Notes: generated by a model from the letters alone, not told the origin. A stretch of 64,000 nucleotides of DNA from an uncultured Fibrobacterota bacterium (GCA_963729895.1 CAVSQB010000012.1:64001-128000), one strand, 5' to 3'; positions 48,193 through 57,767 are shown, counted from the stretch's first letter. Numbers and translations: made by a program.

Positions 48193-49486
48193 GGGGACCT
48201 CTAAAAATTGCCTAATTTGCCCAATTAATGCTTGACAAAGGCTATTTCGTCAATTATTTTAATTCCAGACAACAAACCTGCGAACCCACTACCGTCTGGA
48301 GGATATTGCGATGGGACAGATAGGCCTTTTTGACCTTGAGAATCGCCTTTCCGAGCTTTCCGAAATGGGAGACCCTCTTGAAACCATCAATCGGGCCATA
48401 CGTTGGAAGAGTTTTCGTCCTGTTATTGACAAGGCTTTTCGCAAGGAACGGAAGAGCAACGCCGGTCGTCCACCGTACGATTATATCCTGATGTTCAAGA
48501 TTCTCGTGTTGCAGACGATGTATGGGCTTTCCGATGCGCAAACCCAGTTTCAGATTCTGGACCGATTGACGTTCAAACGGTTTCTTGAACTCACTTCCGA
48601 GGATAGCATTCCCGACGAGAAAACGGTCTGGTTGTTTCGGGAAACGCTGACACAAGCAGGCGTTGTCAAGAAGCTGTTTGACCTGTTCGGTCGTCAGTTG
48701 AACGAAGCGGGTTACACTGCCCAGAAAGGCCAAATAATAGATGCGAGTTTTGTCGAGGTACCTCGCCAGAGAAACACGCGGGAGGAGAATAAAGAAATCA
48801 AGAACGGGGGCACGCCGCAGGAATGGGAAAAGCACCCTGAGAAACTTCGTCAGAAAGATGTTGATGCGCGATGGACGAAGAAGAACGATCAGACGTTTTT
48901 TGGCTACAAGAACCATGCGTCGGTAGACGCGAAGCATAAAATCATTCGAGACTATGCGGCGACATCCGCAGAAGTGCACGACTCCAATATGCTTGAACCT
49001 CTCCTTAATCCTGAGAACACGAACGCGGACGTGTTTGCCGACAGCGCGTATCATTCGGAAAAGGCGGAACAAAGGCTTGATTATCTCTGGTACAGAAGCA
49101 AAATATGTGTCAAAGGGACTCGTGGCGCACCATTGACGGAAGCACAATTGGCACAGAACCGGAAGAAATCCAAAGTCAGATCGCGTATAGAACATGTGTT
49201 TGCTCAAATAGAAATCATGTTTCGTGGCAGGATCAGGTGTATCGGGCGGCTGAGGGCCGCGGCGAAGATAGGACTCCTGAACCTGGTTTACAACATAAAA
49301 CGCTTTGCATATCTTGAGTGCCACGCCTGAAAAGCGGGACAGGACCGCACAAGGCCCCCAAAGGGACCGAAAAAAGAACAGTTTTGGGCACCTATCAGAC
49401 AAATAGACGCCCTGACATCGCGAAATAATACTATCTGTCAACATGATCTTGGAATCTACTATTTTACAGAATTTTTAGAGGTCCCC
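48193..49486 (+). mobile_element. IS5-family insertion sequence (1294 bp)
   Basis: Perfect 17-bp IR GGGGACCTCTAAAAATT; 4-bp TSD TTAT (48189-48192, 49487-49490). Confidence 0.93.
48311..49330 (+). CDS. IS5-family transposase
   Basis: GRPPYD, PDEKTVWLFRE, IIDAS, FGYKNH, ADSAY, RSRIEHVF. Confidence 0.93.
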   Translation: MGQIGLFDLENRLSELSEMGDPLETINRAIRWKSFRPVIDKAFRKERKSNAGRPPYDYILMFKILVLQTMYGLSDAQTQFQILDRLTFKRFLELTSEDSIPDEKTVWLFRETLTQAGVVKKLFDLFGRQLNEAGYTAQKGQIIDASFVEVPRQRNTREENKEIKNGGTPQEWEKHPEKLRQKDVDARWTKKNDQTFFGYKNHASVDAKHKIIRDYAATSAEVHDSNMLEPLLNPENTNADVFADSAYHSEKAEQRLDYLWYRSKICVKGTRGAPLTEAQLAQNRKKSKVRSRIEHVFAQIEIMFRGRIRCIGRLRAAAKIGLLNLVYNIKRFAYLECHA

Positions 49487-49741
49487 TTATGAAGCAGCGC
49501 CGGCCTTTGTCATCTCTCCATCGAGCACGGCCAGGAACTCGTTGAAAGAACCGGCTTCCATGGCTGAAATCGGAAGCTCGATGTTGAGTTCGGTCTCAAG
49601 TTTTGCCAATACGGCAACGAATTGCATTGAATCAAGGTTTACCTGTTCACGTAGGTTCTTTGTTGCGTCAATGGCCTCAGGGTCCATGTTGACAACAGCC
49701 CGTATGATGCCGTAGATCCTTTTTCTTGTTGCATCGTTCAT
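49487..49741 (-). CDS. Acyl carrier protein
   Basis: 84 aa acidic protein with LDSMQFV phosphopantetheine site and E.ELNIELP. Confidence 0.88.
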   Translation of the reverse strand: MNDATRKRIYGIIRAVVNMDPEAIDATKNLREQVNLDSMQFVAVLAKLETELNIELPISAMEAGSFNEFLAVLDGEMTKAGAAS

Positions 49742-49786
49742 GTCATCCCCCACTTCCGGATAAACCGATCCTTGCAGCAATGCCGC

Positions 49787-51001
49787 TCAATTCTGATCGA
49801 GACGACGGCCTAAAACTTTTGCATTATTGTCATTCAATATCTTTTCAACATCAGAAGATCGCTGATGCCTTGCAAGTTCTTTAGTTTTATTGAGTTCGAA
49901 AAAGAACCTTTTGTAATGGTTTAGTTCGTCGTTTGTATAAACATGCTTTCCGGTGGAAAGCGATATGCCCAGGTTCGGAAGGCCGTTCAGTTTCTTAAGA
50001 AACAAATCCAGTTTTTCGCGTGTGATATTGCCTCTTCCCCACGAGCATGGCAGAGAGTCGTCGAGCGCAAGGAGAATTCCTTCAATCTGGCAGCCAAAAA
50101 AAGTATCGGGAGAAGCAAGCCCGATGTCAAATCCGGGATCAAGAGCAAACGGAAGGGAAACGATGCCCCCATGGTATATAAAAACGTCTTTACGCAAAGG
50201 GTCTGCCACCGTCACATTTTGTGGAAAGGACGCGTCGCACACGATTGTACCGGGCTTGAAATCATCCTGCGAGTACATGGGCACATAGGCGCTTGTCACA
50301 AAGATAATAATGCCGGATTGTTGGACCGCCCTGTTGTTGTCGGTTGTTATTTCCACGCTGCACGTCAAAATGTCCTTCCGGCTTTCCTGAAGCGCTTCCA
50401 GCGGGCCTATGCTGCGGGCGGTAAGGATCATTTTCTTTACCTTGTTTCCGAAATAAGAAACGCACCCGCTGCCGATGTCCCCCGAGGCGCCAACGATGCC
50501 GAGGGTCGCCTTGCTCATATCAACCCCGAGTTCCGCGGTTGTCTTCTCGATGGAACGGACGATCACGGCGGCGGTCAAGGTGTTGCCGGACGTAAGCTTT
50601 ATCTCATGTTTCTGAGCAAAGTCCTGCTCTTGTCCTTGCAGGACAATGGACGTAAATGCGCCCAGCGCGGCCACGCTGCACCCTGCGTCCGCGCTTATGG
50701 AGAGCGCCTGGTCTATCTTTTCCACCACTTTCCGCAGGCGAATGTCCTTCATGTCGGGCAGAAACGGCACCATAATGAGGTGTGCACCGAAATAGTCTTT
50801 TTTGTCAAAGGTAAGGTCCTGCCAGTCGGTTACCTTGTAGGAAGGCGCCCATTCGAAGAGCTTGAGCAGGAGTTTGTCGCTGTAGGTCTTATCCGGCTTG
50901 AGATACCGGATGTAGGCCTTGTAGAGTTCCATGTCGGCCGGATGGCCGACAAAGGCCACTTTCGTTTTACGACCGTCGTTTACGAGGCTTCCGTTTGTCA
51001 T
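49787..51001 (-). CDS. Long-chain acyl-ACP reductase (aldehyde-forming, cyanobacterial AAR-like)
   Basis: VGH, FLP, ALGAFTSI, TSGNTLTA, VGASGDIGS, ILTAR, P.N, GG, FGC (catalytic Cys), SWGR.NIT.EK all parallel the cyanobacterial AAR motifs. Confidence 0.8.
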   Translation of the reverse strand: MTNGSLVNDGRKTKVAFVGHPADMELYKAYIRYLKPDKTYSDKLLLKLFEWAPSYKVTDWQDLTFDKKDYFGAHLIMVPFLPDMKDIRLRKVVEKIDQALSISADAGCSVAALGAFTSIVLQGQEQDFAQKHEIKLTSGNTLTAAVIVRSIEKTTAELGVDMSKATLGIVGASGDIGSGCVSYFGNKVKKMILTARSIGPLEALQESRKDILTCSVEITTDNNRAVQQSGIIIFVTSAYVPMYSQDDFKPGTIVCDASFPQNVTVADPLRKDVFIYHGGIVSLPFALDPGFDIGLASPDTFFGCQIEGILLALDDSLPCSWGRGNITREKLDLFLKKLNGLPNLGISLSTGKHVYTNDELNHYKRFFFELNKTKELARHQRSSDVEKILNDNNAKVLGRRLDQN

Positions 51002-51043
51002 GGGGCTGGTCGCGTCCGCTGCATGCCGTGATCAGGCAGGCAG

Positions 51044-52057
51044 TCATAGTTTCTTGAGAATGGAAGCGTAGTCCTCTTCATTGACCGTATGGTCGAACTG
51101 GATCCGGACGGTCCCGGAAGCGGTATCGTGATGGATTTCCCGCGCGGAAAGGGAAATACCGCCTATTTCGAAGGGATCGTAATGCCACTCGAAGGTACCG
51201 TCGTATTTGAAAAGCATGCCTTTTGGCGAAATATTGATGAGGAACACCGGAAGAACGCGCTCTCCGAACATGAGCGACGTGTGCTTTTCGACAAGCCGGC
51301 GTTCGTGGGCCCTGGTTGATGTTGCGGTGAGGAGCTGCACCAGTTCCGCAATCTGCTTTTCGCCCAGCGCGTTTTTGAAAATGATCCTGCAGTTCTTGTG
51401 CTTGAGGTCGTTGAACAACAGCTCGGCGCCTATGGACAGATCGTTGATTTTCACGACCACATCCGGTGCGTCGAAAAGCCCGTCGTAATAGAACATCATT
51501 CCCTTTTGGGAAATATTAACGATATAAGCCCGGATGTCTTTGCCGTTGAGGTTGATATTATTGTATCTGCCGATGTTGTGACGGGGGTATTTCCGGTCGT
51601 CCACCTGCGACCTGGTGAGTTCTTCCTTGATGGCGTGGATCATGGAATCGATGTTGGTCTTCATCTTCTCCTTGAGAATATGACCGAGCACCTCCTCGAT
51701 AACCGGAATGCCGAGATTGTAATCGATGGTGAAGTAAATCTTAATGCCTTCGTTCTGGAAATCCTCGACTTTCCATTTGCCGTTGATATTTTCAAAATCG
51801 CCGTCTATGGATTCGAACCGCAGCTCATGGTTGTCGCTATCGTAAAAGTCGCGTTCCACCCATCTGAGGGGCGCTTCCTCCACCGTGACGAACCATTCCG
51901 ACTTCCCTTCCGTGGCGGATTTCTCCAGGATGTTCACCCGGTCGACGTTTTCCATAAACGCTTCGTACCGCGAATAATCGGAAATGATGGTCCAGGCGAA
52001 TTCTTTTCGCACCTTGCCCTTGAGAATCGCTTCGGTGGAGACTCGTTCGTATCCCAT
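51044..52057 (-). CDS. SRPBCC/START (polyketide cyclase-like) domain fused to two PilZ-like domains
   Basis: N-term WTIISDYSRYEAFM...FESIDGDFENINGKW; DRKYPR...NISQKGM and RAHERR...NISPKGM. Confidence 0.78.
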   Translation of the reverse strand: MGYERVSTEAILKGKVRKEFAWTIISDYSRYEAFMENVDRVNILEKSATEGKSEWFVTVEEAPLRWVERDFYDSDNHELRFESIDGDFENINGKWKVEDFQNEGIKIYFTIDYNLGIPVIEEVLGHILKEKMKTNIDSMIHAIKEELTRSQVDDRKYPRHNIGRYNNINLNGKDIRAYIVNISQKGMMFYYDGLFDAPDVVVKINDLSIGAELLFNDLKHKNCRIIFKNALGEKQIAELVQLLTATSTRAHERRLVEKHTSLMFGERVLPVFLINISPKGMLFKYDGTFEWHYDPFEIGGISLSAREIHHDTASGTVRIQFDHTVNEEDYASILKKL

Positions 52058-52060
52058 TCG

Positions 52061-53194
52061 TCAGGAACCCTCGTGGTTCTTTACCGTGTAAACAAAGCTG
52101 GTTTGCGGAATATCTTTGTCGCTTTCAACCCGTATTCCTCCGCCCATTGCCTCGACGGCCATTTTACTGAAAGTCAATCCAAGACCGAAATTGCGGATGC
52201 CGGCGGACTGTTCCACCATTTGGACGCTTGAAAATTTGTCGAAGATGGCCTCGCGATGGATTTCATCGATAAAAGACCCGGTGTTGCTGACCGTCGTTTG
52301 CACGAAGCCCTTTTGCGCTTCACAAAATGTGACGGCAATTGCGCCCTTTTCCGGCGTGTACCGCATCGCGTTGGAAACAACGTTGAAAAGGACTCTCGCG
52401 AACAGGTCTTTGTCCGACACAAGGAAAGTGGGGGTGTTTTCCTCGAATAGAACGTTGAAAGTCTTGTTGGAAGATACCATTTGCTGATGCAAAGGGGCAA
52501 GTGTGGCGTCAACATTCTGCCGCAGCGGAAATTTTTCCCTGGAAGGAGCAAACGACCCGGCTTCGAATTTCACGACTCCCAGGATGTTTCCCACCATGAT
52601 TCTCATCTGCAGGACGCCCGCATTGCACGTTGAAATAATCCGCTGTTGGGAGTCGGAAAGCGTCTTGGGCAGATATGTTTTGGAAAGCTCCCACGCCCCG
52701 GAAATAATCTGGAGCGGATTCTTGAGGTCGTGGATGAGAATGCCGAAGTAGAGTTCGTTGAGCCTGGCCAGGTTCTTTTTTGCAAGGACTTCCGGAATCT
52801 TCTTCAAAAAGTCCTTTTCGTTGAACGGCTTGGTGAGATAATCCGCCGCGCCCTTTTTCATGCATTCGAGGCCGGTGGAAAGCGTGTCGTGCGAGGTAAA
52901 CATCATCACCTGGACGCATTTGAAGCGCTGGCGTATTTCCGGCAGGATCTCGATGCCGGTCTTCCCGGCGCCAAGATTGATATCCAGGAGAACAACATCG
53001 GTTTCCGGGTGAGCTTCGAGGAAGAGGAGTCCTTCCTGTGCGTCGAGCGCATAGCTGGCTGCGAATCCCACGGTTTCAAGCAACCCGCACACGCCTATGC
53101 AAATTGCCATTTCGTCGTCGATAAGGAGGATGTGTGCGCGGGGCTGGGCTTGGTTTGGCATGATGGCACCGGTACCTTTCACTGGTTTTACCAA
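52061..53194 (-). CDS. Hybrid response regulator receiver - histidine kinase
   Basis: LLIDDE, LLDINL, DYLTKPF; HDLKNPL, NVVSNAMRY, GLGLTF; start may be ~53161. Confidence 0.9.
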   Translation of the reverse strand: MVKPVKGTGAIMPNQAQPRAHILLIDDEMAICIGVCGLLETVGFAASYALDAQEGLLFLEAHPETDVVLLDINLGAGKTGIEILPEIRQRFKCVQVMMFTSHDTLSTGLECMKKGAADYLTKPFNEKDFLKKIPEVLAKKNLARLNELYFGILIHDLKNPLQIISGAWELSKTYLPKTLSDSQQRIISTCNAGVLQMRIMVGNILGVVKFEAGSFAPSREKFPLRQNVDATLAPLHQQMVSSNKTFNVLFEENTPTFLVSDKDLFARVLFNVVSNAMRYTPEKGAIAVTFCEAQKGFVQTTVSNTGSFIDEIHREAIFDKFSSVQMVEQSAGIRNFGLGLTFSKMAVEAMGGGIRVESDKDIPQTSFVYTVKNHEGS

Positions 53195-53489
53195 TTGGGC
53201 TTTTTTTAATATACTATAAGGCGTCTTTCGGTATCATCTTGTCAGTCAACAGCACACAAAGGCCGGCGTGCGTTGCCAACCCGGGCTTGCAATAGCGCTG
53301 CCGGAATTTTAGTATGACGTCCGCCAAAGGCATTTCTTAATTTTATGATTGGGTTTATCTCATGGAGTCCGGCCCATTCGTGATTTCCTGCGGAGAAACC
53401 AGGCATCAGGATTGCTGATAAATGTGTCGAGGCAGCCGGCTTGCCGTTCCGGCCCAAGTCGCTCCAGGCACCTCACAGAGGAAGTTGCC

Positions 53490-54389
53490 ATGAAAATTGC
53501 TGCAATCCCTATGGCAATTGTCGTGCTTGCAACAGGGGCTTTCTCCGACCAGTTTTGGCACGTGTATGGAGACAACGGTGCGGAAATCTCCTCGTACAAA
53601 ACAATCCAACCCCGCTATGGCGAATTGCGTAAGGCTTTCACCGTACTGGTCTTTGTCCCGGAAGTAATCCATACAAGCACGAGGATCAAGGTTGAGGATT
53701 TCGGAAAATCAATGCCCGATGACCGGATCCAAACTGTCAAGCTCAACAGGGTCCTTCGGTTCACCACAGGCATCTACGACTATGCCGCGATGACGTCGAC
53801 GTTCGCCGCGCTCGGCCCGGCGCTTGGGAGGCCGGCATTCTACCCGCTCAAGATCTCCATTTCGGTTACGGAATGGTGCGGCAACTTTTTTGAAGACCTG
53901 GTGACGGACGGGAAAGGCGCGCACCGGAACATGCACTCCTATTTTGAAGCCGAGGGTGACAAACTGGACTATATTCCCGCCGCGGAAAACGACTTGTATG
54001 AAGACGACATCCCGGTGCTTATCCGTGAATTTGAGGGTGAGTTCATGCATAACGGCGGCAAAAAGGAATTCAACATCATGCCCGCTCTCTGGCAATCGCG
54101 AATTACCCACGAGCCTCTCGCATATCAACGGGGCTGGATCAAGAAGGAAGAAGCATCGCTGGCGGAAAATGGCACATCGATACTCACGTACAAGTGGACG
54201 TGGCAGGTTGGCGCACGGACCGAAGAATACTGGGTTGAAAAATCCTATCCGCACCATATCCTCAAATGGAAGGGCTCCGACGGCGAGCAAGGCGAACTTA
54301 TGCACACCGACATACTACCCTACTGGGTCCTTCATGCGAACAAAGATCTGGGCATGAGAAAGGAATTCGGGCTGCCGGAAGTGCCCTGA
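53490..54389 (+). CDS. Exported conserved hypothetical protein
   Basis: Signal peptide; AEISSY..Q.RYGELR, KLN...TGIY.Y, EWCG, SYFE.EGD; GAGG RBS. Recalled as typical of neighbours of DUF547/TIGR04282/TIGR04283 genes (unverified). Confidence 0.7.
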   Translation: MKIAAIPMAIVVLATGAFSDQFWHVYGDNGAEISSYKTIQPRYGELRKAFTVLVFVPEVIHTSTRIKVEDFGKSMPDDRIQTVKLNRVLRFTTGIYDYAAMTSTFAALGPALGRPAFYPLKISISVTEWCGNFFEDLVTDGKGAHRNMHSYFEAEGDKLDYIPAAENDLYEDDIPVLIREFEGEFMHNGGKKEFNIMPALWQSRITHEPLAYQRGWIKKEEASLAENGTSILTYKWTWQVGARTEEYWVEKSYPHHILKWKGSDGEQGELMHTDILPYWVLHANKDLGMRKEFGLPEVP

Positions 54390-54478
54390 CGGGTGTAATC
54401 CGTGCGGCGCGAAGATAAGTACGAATGACTGCACAATGTGTCAGCGCATCGAGAGCGGGAGAAATCGGCAGGCGTGCG

Positions 54479-55198
54479 ATGAACAAGGCACTATGCGTCC
54501 TGGTCGCTTTGTGGCTTACTCAGGAAATTGCCTGGGCTTTCGACAAACAATATCCTGCGTACAACGCATTTCTCAAGGACTATGTTTGTAACGGCGGTGT
54601 TGCATACAAAAGGATAAAAGCCGTTCTTCTCGACAGCGTGGGCCGTGAATTGTCGAGCCTCACTCCTCCGGAATACAACGAATTTTCGGCCAACGACAAA
54701 ATTGCCTATTGCATCAACGTCTACAACTTTTACACAATCGTCCTGATCACGCGGCACTATCCCCTCAAGAAGGGGATCCGGGACATACGCGACCCCTGGG
54801 GCCAACCGTTTGTACCCTTCCTGGGCACAACGGCATCCCTCGACCACCTTGAACACGATGTTCTTAGAAAGCAATTTCGAGAGCCGCGGATTCATTGTGC
54901 CCTTGTGTGCGCGTCAAAAAGCTGCCCTGCCCTTTTGTCACATGCGTTCACCGGAGACAAGCTCGACGCTCAGCTGCGGGCGGCCGCCCGCAGCTTCCTG
55001 AGCGATACCTCAAAGAACCGGCTCAAGGGCACTGTCTTCTTCCTGTCGCAGATATTCGAGTGGTACGGCAAGGATTTCGCGGCCATGCCCGGCGGCTTTG
55101 CGGGGTTCGTTTCCGAGGTACTCGGCGTCCGCCCCGGATTCAGCGTGCGGTTCATTCCCTACGACTGGTCCCTCAATGAGGTTGATAAGTGCAACTAG
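54479..55198 (+). CDS. DUF547 domain exported protein
   Basis: AYCINVYNFYT, SLDHLEH, EPRIHCALVCASKSCP, LSQIFEWYGKDF, YDWSLNE. Confidence 0.9.
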   Translation: MNKALCVLVALWLTQEIAWAFDKQYPAYNAFLKDYVCNGGVAYKRIKAVLLDSVGRELSSLTPPEYNEFSANDKIAYCINVYNFYTIVLITRHYPLKKGIRDIRDPWGQPFVPFLGTTASLDHLEHDVLRKQFREPRIHCALVCASKSCPALLSHAFTGDKLDAQLRAAARSFLSDTSKNRLKGTVFFLSQIFEWYGKDFAAMPGGFAGFVSEVLGVRPGFSVRFIPYDWSLNEVDKCN

Positions 55199-57093
55199 AC
55201 TGCGTCACCTTCTTTGTCCCCTACTGCGCCGTGTTTATCCTGATGGTGCTTGCGTGGCGGTTCTGGCCCAGATCGTGGGGCATCGTGCACCTTGGTTTCC
55301 TGTCCCTTGTGCTTCGCGCGGCGGCAGTGTGGGTCCTTCCGGCGAGCGACGACGTCGCCCGATATATATGGGAGGGAAGAATTCAGAACAGCGGATATAA
55401 TCCGTACGAGCATGCGCCTTCCGACCCGCGGCTGGCTTCTTTGCGCGACGAAAACTGGTCCCGCATCAACCATAAGGACAGAGCGGCAGTATACGGGCCC
55501 TTGGCCGAACTTGGGTTCAGGATATGCGCATCAATCAACCAGTCGCCCCTGTTCTTCAAGGCCGTCTTTGTCCTGTTCGACCTCGGCACTCTTTTCTTCC
55601 TGATTCTCCTGGCGCGAACCTGGTCCATGGAAATTCGCCATGTGGCCTTGTATGCGCTCAACCCGCTGGTCCTGTTTCTTGGCGCCGGACAAGGCCATCT
55701 CGAAAGTGTACTGGTCTTCTGGATCGCGGGCATGCTTTACTTCCTGCGAAAGCAGCGATTTCCCCTTATGTTCCTTTTCCTGGGCATGGCGCTGGCCATC
55801 AAGCTTTCTCCTCTTTTCTTGCTGCCCGTTGTCGTCAACCGCAGGAATGCGCCCGCCTCACCGTTTGTTGTGCTCCCCCTCGCCTTGTACATTCCCTATG
55901 CTTCACACGGAATTTCCTTCATGAGCGGTCCGGTGCTTTTTGCCGCGGAATTCCATTTTAACGGTCTCGCTCCCACACTGCTTTCATTCTTTCTCCCGGG
56001 GAACAGCGGCTTATGGATGTCCTGGTTCGGGTTTGCAATCGTCCTCGGGCTTATTTATCTGCTTACGCCGAACCGCTTTCGTGCCGTGTATTATGCCACA
56101 TGCGCGTTTGTCATTTTCGTGCCGACGCTGCATCCCTGGTACCTGATGCTCCTTACCCCCTTTCTGGTATTCTATCGCTCCACCTCCTGGATCGTCTTGC
56201 ATCTCACGATCAGTGCCGCATTGTTCGTCCAATTCCGCTATGCGCATACCGGGCTTTGGTACCAATCGTGGTATGTCTGGCTCATCGAGTACCTGCCGTT
56301 CGCGGGGGTTGCACTGGTTAACTTCCTCTCCGGCAAGGGAAACGATCCCGTGCGCTACGCCGATCCCCGAAGGCTTTCGATCATCATTCCAACGTTTAAT
56401 GAAAAGGGCAACATACGCGCCTGCATCGATGCCGTTCCTAAGAACCCGGAAATGGCCACCGAAATCATTGTGGTTGACGGAGGTTCCACCGACGGCACCG
56501 TTGAAGCAATGGCAACGCTACCCTTTGTCAATGTTGTCCGCTCCCCGCCCGGCCGCGGCATTCAAATAGCGAAGGGCATGGAGTCTGCCGCAGGAGACGT
56601 CATTCTCGTGTTGCATGCCGACTCCCGCCCGGGCCCGGCCATTATTTCCTTGCTCGTGCGTTCGCTGCGCGAGCATCCGGACGCCTCAGGGGGTTCATTT
56701 CGCGCCCGGTACGGCGGGTCCAGGCGACGGTATGCGCTTACGGCCTGCCTTAACAATATGCGCACTCTGTTCACCGGCATATCGTTCGGCGACCAAGGAC
56801 AGTTTTTCCGCCGCGAGGCAATTAGCGATCGATTCCCGGCGCTCAAACTCATGGAAGACATTGAGCTGTCCTTTGTGCTCAAGGAATCCGGCAGCGTCCT
56901 GTTTCTTCCCAGCACCATCGAAAACTCCACCAGAAAATGGGAAAACAGCGGTTACATCGGGAATTTTCTTGCCGTTGTCCGGCTTTCGTTGGCGTATGTT
57001 GTCAAAAGAAAATTCGCCCTGCTGTCCGGCGACTGCACGGAGTTCTACACACGGTACTACGGGCAGCCGAATCGGCCGGGAAAGGCACGGTAG
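55189..57093 (+). CDS. Fusion of membrane GT87/DUF2029-like glycosyltransferase and TIGR04283-like GT2
   Basis: SDDVARYIWEG..G.NPY, YGPL, YALNPL, GH.E, HPWY; then SIIIPTFNE, DGGSTDGT, LHADS, FGDQG, MED. Confidence 0.82.
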   Translation: MQLDCVTFFVPYCAVFILMVLAWRFWPRSWGIVHLGFLSLVLRAAAVWVLPASDDVARYIWEGRIQNSGYNPYEHAPSDPRLASLRDENWSRINHKDRAAVYGPLAELGFRICASINQSPLFFKAVFVLFDLGTLFFLILLARTWSMEIRHVALYALNPLVLFLGAGQGHLESVLVFWIAGMLYFLRKQRFPLMFLFLGMALAIKLSPLFLLPVVVNRRNAPASPFVVLPLALYIPYASHGISFMSGPVLFAAEFHFNGLAPTLLSFFLPGNSGLWMSWFGFAIVLGLIYLLTPNRFRAVYYATCAFVIFVPTLHPWYLMLLTPFLVFYRSTSWIVLHLTISAALFVQFRYAHTGLWYQSWYVWLIEYLPFAGVALVNFLSGKGNDPVRYADPRRLSIIIPTFNEKGNIRACIDAVPKNPEMATEIIVVDGGSTDGTVEAMATLPFVNVVRSPPGRGIQIAKGMESAAGDVILVLHADSRPGPAIISLLVRSLREHPDASGGSFRARYGGSRRRYALTACLNNMRTLFTGISFGDQGQFFRREAISDRFPALKLMEDIELSFVLKESGSVLFLPSTIENSTRKWENSGYIGNFLAVVRLSLAYVVKRKFALLSGDCTEFYTRYYGQPNRPGKAR

Positions 57094-57095
57094 AG

Positions 57096-57767
57096 ATGCG
57101 GGCGCGATCGTCAACCGTTGTCTTCGCGAAGGTTCCGGTTCCCGGGACCGTCAAAACGCGCATCGCGGCGACGCACCGCCAGGCAATCGCGCTTTCGATC
57201 TACAAACGCCTCCTGCGGCACACGGCACTGGCTCTTGCGCCGGTCAGCCATCATGTCGCATTCACCGGCGCGAAATCGCCGGCAGGGCTGCAAAGCGTTT
57301 TCCGGTCTGCGGAATCGTTTTTCACCCAAACGGGACATGGGTTGGGCATGCGCCTCAAAAATGCCTTTACGCGCCTGGCCGAAGCCGGGATCGCACATAT
57401 CTGCGCCGTGGGTTGTGATTGCCCGGACCTCCTGTCCGGAGACATCCATAGGGCATTCGGCCTGTTGAATCAGGGGTGTGATGTCGTAATAGGCCCTGCG
57501 GAAGACGGGGGTTACTATCTTATAGCGTGCAAGGCCCCGTGCGTCGACATTTTTGACGTTGAAGGGTGGAGCTCGCCGCGGCTGCTGGAAAACACGATTG
57601 CCGTCTGCAAACGCAGAAGGTACCGGCATGCGTTGCTGCAAGTAAAATACGACATAGACACAATGACCGACGTTGAGCGCTGGAAGCGCGAGCGCTCGGC
57701 AAAGCGACAACCTACTACTCAACGGCGGCGCGCCGGCGTCACGGGCCGCCAAAAGCCTGGCGCGTAA
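57096..57767 (+). CDS. TIGR04282/DUF2064-like transferase
   Basis: FAKVPVPGTVKTRI, Q...LG.R, GCDCPDL, VVIGPAEDGGYYLI, WS, DID. Confidence 0.88.
   Translation: MRARSSTVVFAKVPVPGTVKTRIAATHRQAIALSIYKRLLRHTALALAPVSHHVAFTGAKSPAGLQSVFRSAESFFTQTGHGLGMRLKNAFTRLAEAGIAHICAVGCDCPDLLSGDIHRAFGLLNQGCDVVIGPAEDGGYYLIACKAPCVDIFDVEGWSSPRLLENTIAVCKRRRYRHALLQVKYDIDTMTDVERWKRERSAKRQPTTQRRRAGVTGRQKPGA

Noticed and set aside
48254..49444. 396-aa ORF antisense to the IS5 transposase (and similarly 62366-63586)
   Set aside because: Reverse-frame shadows of clear transposases; no independent evidence of coding.
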